Assembly (NCBI RefSeq): GCF_947568905.1
Contig: NC_079170.1
Coordinates: 44,020,001-44,084,000, forward strand
Direction of reading: 5' to 3'
DNA: 64,000 nucleotides
Source of the DNA: Ostrea edulis
Taxonomy: Eukaryota
Shown: piece by piece, positions 1-12,700 of the stretch
Position numbering within the stretch: the first letter of the stretch is position 1
Layout of the letters: every line of letters starts with the position of its first letter
Notes under the pieces: model-generated
What the model saw: only the letters and a program-made list of their open reading frames with translations
What the model was told of the DNA's origin: nothing
Databases searched by the model: none
Program-made: the position numbers and the translations under genes

Positions 1-71
1 ACTGAATTCTCACGTCTTGGAAGATAGATCCGCGAAATAAAGTTGTAAGAGGTAGGTAAATGTGGAGTCCG

Positions 72-124
72 CTCTGACTCTCCCCCGCACATGTCAAATA
101 TAAAAGCGGGGGTAAGAGTCAGAG
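72..124. repeat. Short hairpin (inverted repeat), probably part of a small MITE
   Basis: CTCTGACTC-T-CCCCCGC (72-88) pairs with GCGGGGG-TAA-GAGTCAGAG (106-124). Confidence 0.55.
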
Positions 125-528
125 GAATCTCGGATTACCAAGCTGTTAATTTACTCGGGTAAGGATTACTAGATGCACTATAATTCCAGCTAGATCACAA
201 CTATTGGACATGCTATTAATACAGGAAATGCAAACAAAAGTTCCGGAAGGCGCCAACGCTCTATTTAAAGGAGAAGAGAAGCATCTATTTAAAGGGTCCT
301 ACCTTAGGGTACGAATTAATCCTTCTCCATAGGATTAAATATTGCCCACGTGTGACAGGTAGCATGCAAATTACTTATGTCGACAAGCAGCTTTTTTGTT
401 GTTGTTAGAAATGCAACTTAATTAAGTTGACATGTATGCAAAATAGATCTTTATGTTGGCATCGTATCTGATTTATTGCAACTCGCCCGAAACATTGAAT
501 GTATGAACTGTTTAAAATTCCCAACGCA

Positions 529-538
529 ATCACGTGAT
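529..538. promoter_or_regulatory. CLEAR-like E-box palindrome ATCACGTGAT just upstream of the ATG7 start codon
   Basis: Contains TCACGTGA, the MiT/TFE (TFEB/MITF) core. A second E-box CACGTG lies at 347-352. Confidence 0.5.
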
Positions 539-545
539 GTACAAA

Positions 546-708
546 ATGTCGGCGCCCATGGAAGATAAAAAGGAACATAAACAACTCCAATTTGTGTCAT
601 TCAGTAGTTTTCTGGACTCTGGATTTTGGCATAAACTTTCGGAAAATAAACTTGATGTCTATGGCTTAGATGAGAGTGAGAAAGAGATCAAAGGATTTTA
701 CTACAATG
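546..708 (+). CDS. ATG7: ATG7 exon 1
   Basis: [42 protein letters not shown]...GFYYN; donor G|GTAAAG. Confidence 0.93.
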
Positions 709-3700
709 GTAAAGTTAGTATAGGGTGATAGATTCGGATGGTTGATATTCGTGACTTCGGACCATCTGTAACTATCCTAATAAAGAAATATATAGCATGT
801 AACCTAGGGTACAAAAGTATCATCTCAAAATGGAGTCCTACAGTTTAGCACTTGATAACGGTAGTAAAATAACGACAAAATATTTCTGTATGACGCTTTC
901 CTTTAAGAACCCGTATGTTGTGACATACTTCATGTCATATGGTGCGAAGTGCACAGAGGTACATTTATAACAGCACTGTGATTTTTCTCGGATAGCCATA
1001 ACTGAGCTGCGTTCCTTCTTTTCAGGAGATCCGGCGGGGATGCCTTGTAGAATGAATGTAGAATTTACAGCATTTGAAAAGTAAGACTTTAATATGCTCT
1101 ATAGTAAAGTCTGCAGAATCTAAGCTCAATGCCTGGTCAGTGTTGTATGATTTGAAAACAGACTTAATCCTTAGCTTCTGACAATCAATGCTCTCTGTTA
1201 CAATGCCTACATATACATAATTTGACAAGCTAAGGTCCATGGTGTGTCAAAGATTGAACATCATGAGGACTAAATATGATCTAAATAAAAAAATATATTG
1301 TCTGTTTCCCTTTTGTAACTCCTTTGCCAGTTTGATTTATGGGTAGGTAAGAAGGGAACATATCTATACCCTGTACATCATATGGTCAAGAGCAATGAGC
1401 ATAAATGCATTTCAGTTATATGTATATTACCAAAAATCAAATTTATTTCAGCCAAGCTTCACATGAAAAAAAATATTCTTTAAAATGTTTGGCCGTAGGC
1501 CTTATGATGACAATTGGTTTGAATGAGAGAATAAGCCTTAAAAGATCTTTTTGTTTTAAGCGGGGTATTTTTCGGTATCAGGAGAAGTCGCACACAGGAG
1601 AACTTGTACCCAGACATTTGGGTACAAGTTCTTAAGAAGTCGTACCCGGTAATGACTTCTCCAGGAAAACTTTTAGTAGTCAGGTACGAGTTCTCTAAGA
1701 GCTAGTAAGAGAAGACGTACCCTTCAATATCTGGGTTATGGGTATGAGTTCTCTTGGAGAAAAACTTTGACATTTTAACAAATAGAAATGTGGATATGAG
1801 TTCTCCTAGAGAAAAAACTTTGTCAATTGTATTATAAAAATTTGGGTACAAGTTCATCCGGAGAAAAGGTCATTTTTTTTTCTCCAGGAGAACTTGTATT
1901 CAGGTTTCTATATGATGAAATGACAGTTTTTTCTCCAGGAGAACTCATACCTAGATTTTTATGACAGAAATGACAAAAAAAAATTTCCAAGAGAACTCGT
2001 ACCAAAATATTGATGGGTATGACTTTTCTTGGAGAACTCGTGCCCAAGTACAAGTTCTCCTGAAGAAGTCGTACCCAGGTATGACTTCTCATGGAGAACT
2101 CGTATCCAATTTTTGGATACAAGTTCTCCAGAAGTCATTTTTTTCTTGGTTGGTAAAAAACGGACATAAAATTTGAATTCAAGCTAATGTTTTCAACATT
2201 TGCTTTAAATAAGGGGTCCCTTGGTATTTGTCATAATTTAATTCTCTTTATCTTGAATATGAAGTGATGCAATCATTCAGCTTGCATTAATTATCATTCA
2301 ATTTCAAACTTTTTATTGCAAATTTTTTTTTAAACATACATACAGTATATGTAAATACATACATTCTACAAAGAAACTTGTACAAAATGTTTATAACAAG
2401 CTACCAAAGGTATATGTATATATTGTTTTTTGTTTGTTTGTTTTTTTGAGAGAGAGAGATGCATACAGTCATTATCTAATATATTAAAGGTACATATATA
2501 TTGAAATTTATTTTCTTTTTTAAGAAAAAAAAACACTAAATTTTTGCAAAACTTACCACTTGTTCCTTTGTATGTGATAGACCTGATCCATACACATCCT
2601 AACCCACTCTAACTGGACAGTAGGGCTGGGACGATTCAGGTTCAGCTCAAATCGGTTCGGTTTCGATTCTGAACAGCATGGTTCGGTTATTTTCGATTCG
2701 GTCATGTTAGGTCCAATTTATCTAATGACAGCACAAAATTTAACAATTTTAATGAATAGCATTTTTGATTTGATTTGATTCAAGTTATATAACTATATGT
2801 CATCATTTGTAAACATCATATCTATTTATGATTGTATTTTATAACTTTGATAGAAAAAGGAAAACACTGACAGTCTATTAGAATTTGTTATATTAATGTG
2901 CTGCATAAGTTTTGGATTATTAACTGTCAAATCTGTGTCATTACCTACGATGTTGATTTCACTCCACCACTCGTCCACTGACAGAAATGCTATATGTCAT
3001 GTAAAGATAAACTGCAATGATCTTACGGACCATATTCTGTTGGTATCTGAGTGGTGAAAATGCTAACTCTCAACACAGTAGTGATTTAAATCTCTGTTGC
3101 ATAAAAAACCACATGTTCTGCACATCACTCGGACGCCATATTTGTTGTTTTGGTGTATGTAAAATCTTAACTGAACCAAACCGAAATCCGGAATTTGTAA
3201 TCGGTGGATTGAATCGAATGGTATGAATCGCGGTGCACTGAAATTTTCGGTGCACCGCACAGCCCTACTGGACAGCTATTTCTTTTTATTATATTTGGAA
3301 CTGTTCTGCACAGATCAAATGCACAAACATGATCTAATGCAATTACATTTGGTATAAAGTGTTTGAGAAAAATGCTACACTGACTTATAAAGGGGTTATC
3401 ATTGAAACATCAATGAATGTGAAGAAAATATCTGTCGTTTCAGAGATGCAAAGACACCACATAAATGCTTGCCAATGCCTGGGATGCTACACAATACCAA
3501 CACCATCGACAAATTCAAAGAATGTGATAAGAAAGATATGTTGAATCAGGCAGGGAAAGGGGTAAATTGTCTATCTTACTGTAAAAGCAGTGATTTTCAT
3601 CGAATGTCTAAATTTCCTTCAGGTTTCATTGATCAAATGATAAACCAAAGCCCAGTATAAATTGAAAGGTAGCTGTTCATGAAACTGTCATTAGGCAAGA

Positions 3701-6700
3701 AAAAAAAAATGAAATTCAATCCTCACAATTTAAATCATAATGAAAGTAGAGTGTCACACAAAGTAATTCTCTCTCCATACAATATATGAAAATGAGACTG
3801 CAGGGAAGATAACTCTTGATCGCTTGTCTCATTCATGATATCTACACCCGAACACCATGCTTGTAAAAATTATGAAATTTAACAGCCCAAAAATAGGACT
3901 TTTAGAATGTGTAACAAGATCAATTCACAATCAATAAATAGCTATCAGTAAAACTAGGATCTATGATTAATATTGTAGTAGTTGGGAATATTTGGACTGT
4001 GGATATCGGCCTGGATAGCTCAGTAGTTAGAACACATGACTAGTAATGAAGGGATCCCGGCTTTGATTCTGGGTCCAGCCCAAAATGTTGTCCTTTCTTG
4101 TACATGTATATTACAACATCATCAGGGTGCGTGTGACCAGAGATCTGTTCAGTTTTCTTCCAGAGAGCTACATCTTTGCAGCTGTGATATTACATGAGCA
4201 TGGGTATAGAAACAACACTGTCAAAGATTCACACAGATTCCCTTAAATCCTATGATCTGTTGTTTTTTCCAGATCTGGGATGCGATTGTCAGTGGAGAAG
4301 CATTGGAATCTCCTGAACTTCTCTCCAGATTCCTCCTCCTAACATTTGCTGTATGTTATATACAAATTTTCTTCTGTGTTACATATTTCATTGTATGTTT
4401 GATGGAAGTTTTGAATATTTCAGTGCTTATCTAATCATGTGATGACACACCTGAATCAATGAAACTACATGTTAAATTGTAGGATTTAAAAAAGTACCAT
4501 TATTACTACTGGTTTTGTTTTCCCTGCCTGTGTACCCCAACTGATGTTACCTTGAACTCAGGGCCAATCAAAATCAAGGACAAATTCACTGCAGACCAGG
4601 TGCGATGTTTCTTGTCTAAGTTTGTTCTGTTGGTATATCGGGGTTTTAGTGACCCCTTTTTCTGTTGTATATACATGTATGTACTGTATGGGGGGAATAA
4701 ATCGCGGTGGAAATTTTTGCTATATTCGCGGTCTAGACAAATCCACGGATTTAGGAAACCGTGAATATTTTTATTTTTATTATTCTGTAATACACAATGT
4801 GTATTATGGGGAGGGGGGGGGGGCTTATAGTGATTCAAATCCGTGAAATTATGAACCCACAAAGGTGTCTAAACTGAAAAAAAAAACGCAAAAATTATAA
4901 CCCGTGAAATTATTCTCCCATACAGTATTATATTAAATGTATTATGATGTACATGTAATGATCGGTGTACATGTATATGGTATGTGTATGTTTTACACAT
5001 TTTCTGTTGCACATGTAATGCTAAGTGTATGTGTTCTGTCATTGTAAACTGTGACTACACATTTTAACTTTATCATCTTTGAGATCTGGACATTCCTGTA
5101 GAAATTGATAGATTGTACATGTATAAGAATTTCGAGAAAAAAAGAAAAAAAACCACTCATACAAGGAGATCAGGGTATACTTATTCTTTGTGTTGTTAAT
5201 GGTTATATGTTTATTTTTGGAAGGTTGGGATGTTTCTGCAAGCCTATGATGAATTCCAAGGTCAGCAAGAAACCTATCAGGGATATTTCATCACAGTTTA
5301 TTCCCAGGGAGGATTTGTTATAGACAATGTAAAAAATATGATCCTATATAACAATACACACGAGGTACGTGTTTTTGTTAAACTCTTTTTTTTTGTTTTT
5401 TAATACATTGCATAGACATATGTAATTTACCATCTGTAATTTTATTACAAGTAATTTACCTCATGTAATTTACCACCTGTAATTTTATGCCATGCTATTT
5501 ACCACATGGAATTTATCAAGGCATATGTAATTTTATCACATGCATTAACCTACCACTTAATTTTATTGCACGTTGTTTACCAAATTCAGTATAGTGCAAC
5601 ATGACTATGTATGTGTATATACATGTAGATGTGTGTGTGTGTTATCCTGAATTATTTATGATACCTGAAGCATAGAATCCAGAAATTTTTTCATTGGGGT
5701 GTCAACTGCTGACTGTAATTTTATCGGGAGGGGGGTGGGTGGGGGGTCGGCCTATACTAAGGGATTTATGCTAGAACTGCATAATAATAGGCAAAATAAT
5801 GTATTTTGGTCCCATTACCCTGTGTAGCTTTGCTTGTGCTAGAAGTTGATTTTGTTTCATACATGATAGTAAGAATAGAATGGGTTTATTTTTCATTCAA
5901 TTCCCAACATACCGGTAGACAAAATAAGAAAAATATTAACACATGAGAACATAAAATATCAAGGTATATACATGTATTTGCATTGAGTTAATTGATATAG
6001 CTCTGTATAAAAGTAGAATTTCAAACACTTTTTTCTATTTTCATCTGGGCGAGTGGTACTGAATGGTGGTAAACATAAAATTTAACTCCCCTTCTACTGC
6101 TCAAAGTGAATCTCTTTACCCTGTTTAATATCATCTGTCTGTATCACTAAATGTGTCCCGTCAACAGCCTGCAGGCCATACATCCTTTCATGTTGCCTTG
6201 TAGTTGTTTACTTTCAAAATTCCGCATGCAACGTCACATGATCATAAATATTTTGAAATGGGGTGTTCACTATCCGATTTGGAGAATACATAATTATAAT
6301 GTAAATAGGAAATTAGCTTGGTTACTTTTTAATTTGATTGTGTTAAATTGCATCATTTGCACAAAGTGTATAACTTACATGTATATACACTGTAGCTTGA
6401 TATAAAACACACGTTTTTTTATTCTTTCGGTGATATACAAAGAATAAGGCATCTATAATAACTTTAAAAGGAGGCACATCATCGTAATGGCTGACTTCCA
6501 TTACAATATGAATATCAGCAATACTTGTATGTTCATTTTAATCTAAATGCCTAGCTGGGTAGCTCAATAGGTTTAAATGTCGATTGCTGATTTGTAGATC
6601 ATGGGTTCGAGTCTGGCATGGGTGTTAAATATTTTTAGGTTACTTTCTTTAAAAAAAAAATTATAAATAAGGTTAATTTCATAAGTTTTCAATTTCAAAA

Positions 6701-9700
6701 TATTTTTCTACATATGTATATGTGTCTTCCACTTTCCATTCAGATAAGACTGATCAGGAGTTATTCCTCCTTAATTGTTACTTACAGATATACTTTGGAG
6801 TGTGTGATCCCAGCACCATTGAAGATTATCCTGGTTGGCCACTCAGGAACTTTCTAGTTTTAATATCACATCACTGGTATGTTAGCGTTATGACATAATA
6901 TTTACATTTCCGATATATATATCTTTGCCAGTTGAAATGAAAGCCATTTCCTCATGAATGTGAACAATGTGAATATGGATCTTAATAAATACAGTTCTAC
7001 TATCTTAATGGCTGGGGATATTCCAACAGAAATGAAAAATAATGTAGTAGTTAAGGCTATATGGACCATGGATATTGGCTTGGGTAGCTCGGTGGTTAGA
7101 GCACCTGACTAGTACATATAATTCAGGGGGCCCAGATTCGATTCCAGGTTCAGCCATAAATTTTATCCTTTCCTGTATATTACATCTGGTGCCGTTTACC
7201 ACACCGGGACTTGCAGGTTGTCCTGCAAGGGGCAACAGAATCTGGGTTGTGTGTTTTCAAGGACAAAGATTGTTTAAGGAAGGAGGAAAATGTAGTAGGT
7301 AGGGCCATATGTATGGACCAGAGATATTGACTGGCATAACTCAGTGGTAAGAGCACCTGACTAGTAATGCAGGGGTCCAGGGTTTGATTCTCATTTCAGC
7401 CATAAATTTTTCCTTTCCTATTTTACAAATGTAAAATACAAATTTATAAAAATGGATTTCATATTTGAAAATCCACGAGGGTATGACCAGCAACACTTCA
7501 CGCCAGCGTACTTTTCGTGAAGTGCTAACACCCTCGATGAGGTCCTCTGGTGTAAAGCATCACAGTTCATGCACTCTTGTATTTTCAAAAAATGACTTTC
7601 ATTTCTGAAACAAATCAAATTGATAAAAGACATCCACCCGATATCACATCGCTGGTGTGTTAGAGAGTTGTGATACAGTAAATCAAATTGATAAAAAAAA
7701 CATCTTCCTAATATTAAATCACTTAAACTTAGGGAAAAATGATCTTTACCTAATACATGTGTTATTCCAGTCTTTGCTGCAATCATGTCGAAGTACAAGC
7801 CCATAAACAGTTTCCACCAGGCCAAAATAATATTCTACAGAGCAAGTTTACTAGCCTGACAAAAACTCTGGTACCCAGAGTCATTCGGCTAGTGGTACCA
7901 GTTTATCTCAATGACTGAACTTGCTGTCATAATGTCAAACTAATAAAAATATCTTGATGTAATATTTTTTAGTTGATGTGGATGTAGTGTTAACGAAGTA
8001 ATTTATAATTATTTGAAATTGCTATGTTATATGATATCACTGATATTATATTTGAATTTTTTTAATGAACAGATTTATTAATGCATCTGTAATAAACCTT
8101 TTAACTAAAAAAAAAAATGATATAATTTTCCTAATTAGAATATAAGTAAGGCTGTTCATATATTGTATGACTTACTTTTTTTGCAGGAAAGGTGACTTGA
8201 AAAATGTAAATATATTGTGTATGCGAGATAGAACTCGAGATGGATCCCGAGATATCTCGCACAGTCTCGTACTGTCCATCAGTATTCCGGAAATGAAAAG
8301 TTTAAATGGTAAGAAATCAAGGCATATGATGCATTGGCTGAAAGTGAAAGTAAAAAACATGTAGTACCGTATATCATATAGGAGCGCATCATAACATGTT
8401 GAAAAACCTGCACATATGTGAATATGTACCTTTCCAATGTTTTTGCTTTTGATATTTTTACAAACTGTAACGATAGCCATTTCCTCATGAATTTGCTGAA
8501 GTTGTGAACAATACCCATATCAATCTTAATAAGTAAAGTACATCTATCTTAACGACTGGAAATCTGACAGAAATGAAAATAGAATGTAAATGTAAAGCTA
8601 ATTTCATTTTTGAAAACACGTAGTACATTGTCTTTATCTGTTTTGTACAGAATGTCCAAAATGTGTAGGATGGGAGAAAAATGAAAAACAGAAACTAGCC
8701 CCAAGATTTGTGAACCTCAGTGCAACAATGGATCCCACTAGGTAAAACAATATTTGTTTATATCTATATATTGGAAAGAAGTACACACACACACACACAC
8801 ACAAACACATGGGATTCTCAGACAAAGGGGAGTAACTCATCCCTTTTCTGACAGGCTTGCTGCTTCAGCCGTCGACCTCAATCTGAAGTTGATGAGATGG
8901 AGACTACTACCGGAGCTGAATTTAGACCGAGTATCAGGGACCAGATGTCTACTGTTAGGAGCCGGCACTCTCGGATGCAATGTGGCAAGGTGTTTACTGG
9001 TATGCTTCAAACCAAGTTCTCACAACATGTGTTTTTTATAGACATTGCTGCTCTTCTAGGGTAAATAAATAAAACAACAACACACATAACATGAATACTG
9101 AACCCTTCGTTTCATCTCATTTACATGTATTTCCATACAAAATATGTGTATTATATTTGAAGGTGTAACAAGTTGTGCCTATTTTTCAGTAATCCATTAT
9201 TAGTTATTGTGTATTTACTGACTGTCTATGGAAATGTATCGGGTTGGAAGCCCATAGATGGCAAGGCAAAGCCAAATTTATTTCAATAGACAGTCAGTAC
9301 TACATTGTATTTCATTCTGTGGAAGACCATACCATGACAGACAATTGTGAGATATCTCATAGCTCTGTTGTAAATTTTCAACAGAGTCTGCCATATTACC
9401 TTCTTTATTTTTGCTACTCACTGGCTATAGAAGTATAGCTGACAATCATGTGACACATTTTATCCAATGACAGAGTGACATGCTAGTCTACATTAAAAAA
9501 GAAAAGGGTAAAAAAAAGAAGATTGATATCTTCGACTGTGAGTGAATAAAAGAAAAACATTTTTCTCAATGTAGGGTTGGGGAGTACGAAGCATAACTCT
9601 TGTTGACAATGGTAAGGTCTCATACTCCAACCCAGTACGCCAGACCTTATTTGTGTTTGAGGATTGTGTAAAGGGAGGTAAGCCAAAGGCGGAAGCAGCA

Positions 9701-12700
9701 GCTGAGGCACTGAAGAAAATATTTCCTGGGGTGGTGAGTTGTGAAGATTTTAAAATCTATAATGTAAGAGTAATAACCAGAAATATGAACATTGAGAAAA
9801 ATGACCCGAATTTTAGCTCACCTGGGCTGAAAACTTGGGTAAGTTTATTCTGATGTCTGTTTGTCAACTGTCTGTAAACTTTTTTAATATTTTAAACTTC
9901 CTCTCAAGAACCACATGACCAAGTGTGTTGATTGAAAAATATCTTCCCAGAACCACGAACCCAGAAAAGCTAACATTTGAACAAGAGCTTCCTTACACAT
10001 GTCTTAATAAACATGAAGATTCAGGTTTGTTCACAATGTGAAACCAGAGACAAAAGCACGGTCACAAAAGCAGCTTAAAAGTTTTACCTATTGTAGTAGT
10101 TAGAGCTATGGACCTGGGATATTGGCCTGGATAGCTCAGTGGTTAGAACACCAGACTAGTATTGCAGTAGTCTCCGGTTCAATTCTCGGTTCAGCCATAG
10201 ATGTTCTCCTCTCCTTTATACTACAGTCGGTGCCATTAATCACTCCTTCACTGTAGGTTGTTCTGCCGTGGGGCAAAAGGAATTGGGGTTGTGTGTCTTC
10301 AAGGGCCAAGACAAATTAAAACAGGGAGGAATGTAGTAGATAGGGCTATACTGACTGTGGATATCGACCTGGATAACTCAGTGGTTAGAGCACCTGTATA
10401 GTAATGGAGGTCTCAGGTCAATTTACGCTCCAGCCAAAGATTTTCTCTCCTATACTCACCTAGGAGTAAAAATTCTTTATAGATCTTCTTATAAACCACA
10501 ATGGTACAATATGTCAAATTGATGTGGATTTTTTCTCAATTATGTTCACAACATGACCCCTGAAATATGGATGGGACAACAAATAGGGTTTATATTTTTA
10601 CCTGGAAATACATGGAACAGTTACAAGTGTATATTTAGAATCTTCTCAAAAGTCTGTGATTAAAATAAATATGTACGTTAAGCACTCTATGTAGTGTAGA
10701 TTAATTCAAGTGTCAATTTTAATTTGCTCACACTGTGTCCTCCGGGGGCAGCCAGGGTCAGGGCCATAACTGTGATATGTCATACATGGGGAAATACAAT
10801 TACTCAGGTGAGCGATGTGGCCCTTGAGCCTCTTATTTGATATTTTCCTGAGCCATAAGATGAAAAATTAATACAAACATGCAAACTTCTCGCCTGAGCT
10901 CAATAAAACATTTTGAATGGCTTCTTACATCATTGCTGCGTTTTAACCATATCAGTAAACTTTGTATTTACTCCTGTGAAGAATTTGTCATCTAATAACT
11001 CCTATTTGTTTGATTGTGATAAAACACTCAAAATATCAAACATGTATTTTTGTAAAGTATGTTCATGGAAATGCAGAATGTCCTAATTTTCAGGATGCCA
11101 AAGGAATAAGTCTGTCCATTCCAATGCCTGGCCATGCAGTTCCAGGTACTTACATTACAATGGTACTTGTAGTTAGTACAATGGTACTTGTTGTTAGTAC
11201 ATGTAGTTAGTACTAGTGACTTATAATCTATCTTCCATGGCTGTTTTCTATTGATTATGCATGTTGTGCATGGTACAGTTCACATTCTAATCGAAACGAC
11301 TCCTGGGCAAATTACTAACAAAATTAAAATATAAGTGAAAATGACTGGAACACTGGAAGTTTTCCTGTGATATATTTAAATTTTTTAAATAAAATAAACA
11401 TTTGTATGTGTTTTATATAGATAGTGCTATAGAAATTGTACAGAAGGATGTAAAAACACTCCAGGATTTGGTGAATTCCCATGATGCAATATTCTTACTA
11501 CTGGACACAAGAGAAAGTCGATGGCTTCCTACACTAATGGCAGCTGAAAAGAAAAAGGTGAGCAGATATATGTACTTATCTTTTAAAATACTGTATACAG
11601 GGAATATTCCACTCCGTTTTATTTTCGTCCCTTTTGCCCGCATTGTCAGTGGGCAAATTTTAGATTGGGTGAACTTATCTCCCTTTTAATCAGCTGTGTC
11701 TGGGCAAATTCAAAATGGAGTGAAACTGTCAGCAAGTGTAGTAAGGCGAAAATAACACGGGGCAAAAATAACCCTGTATACAAGATGTTCGAAATAATAC
11801 TTTTCCTTGTGTTATTTTGTCATTCATCCATATATGCTTGTATCACAAGTTCACTGTGATATGTTTTATGTTTGTGTTACAGATTGTGATATGTTCTGCC
11901 TTAGGGTTTGACACATACCTAGTCATGCGTCATGGAGTGAAGTCAGACGTTGAGGAGAGAGAACCAGCACCTCTTTCCTCCTACACCTCAATACCAGGGG
12001 ACCAGCTAGGCTGTTATTTCTGTAATGATGTTGTGGCCCCGGGAAATGTGAGATTTGTCTTTTGTGTTTAACATGTGGTTATTGTAAAATCACTGATCAG
12101 GTACACCCAATACATGTATTCATTTTAGTTTTTCATTATATTCAATCCATTTGTGTGATTCTATCACTGATTGGATAACCTATAGCTTTATCCGACACAA
12201 TCATTTCCTCTGATTTAATGTATGTATGTTCAGGACAGTTTACTTACACTTAACAGTGTCTGGACTTTGTATTGTAGTCTGTAAGGAACCGGACTCTGGA
12301 TGTAAACATCATATAATATAACAATGTCAGGACTTTGTATTGTAGTCTGTAAGGAACCGGACTCTGGATGTAAACATAATATAACAGTGTCTGGACTTTG
12401 TATTGTAGTTGGTAAGAGACCGGACTCTGGATGTAAACATGATATAACAGTGTCTGGACTTTGTATTGTAGTCGGTAAGAGACCGGACTCTGGATGTAAA
12501 CATAATATAACAGTGTCTGGACTTTGTATTGTAGTCGGTAAGAGCCCGGACTCTGGATGTAAACATCATATAACAGTGTCTGGACTTTGTATTGTAGTCG
12601 TTAAGGGACCGGACTCTGGACCAGCAGTGTACCGTTTCCCGGCCGGGGATTTCTTACATGGCTGCTGCTCTAGCTGTAGAACTTCTGGTGTCCATACTGC

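Noticed and set aside
7077-10440. tRNA-Thr genes
   Set aside because: Stems are mismatched or interrupted and the copies sit inside LTRs; these are TE-borne tRNA-derived sequences.
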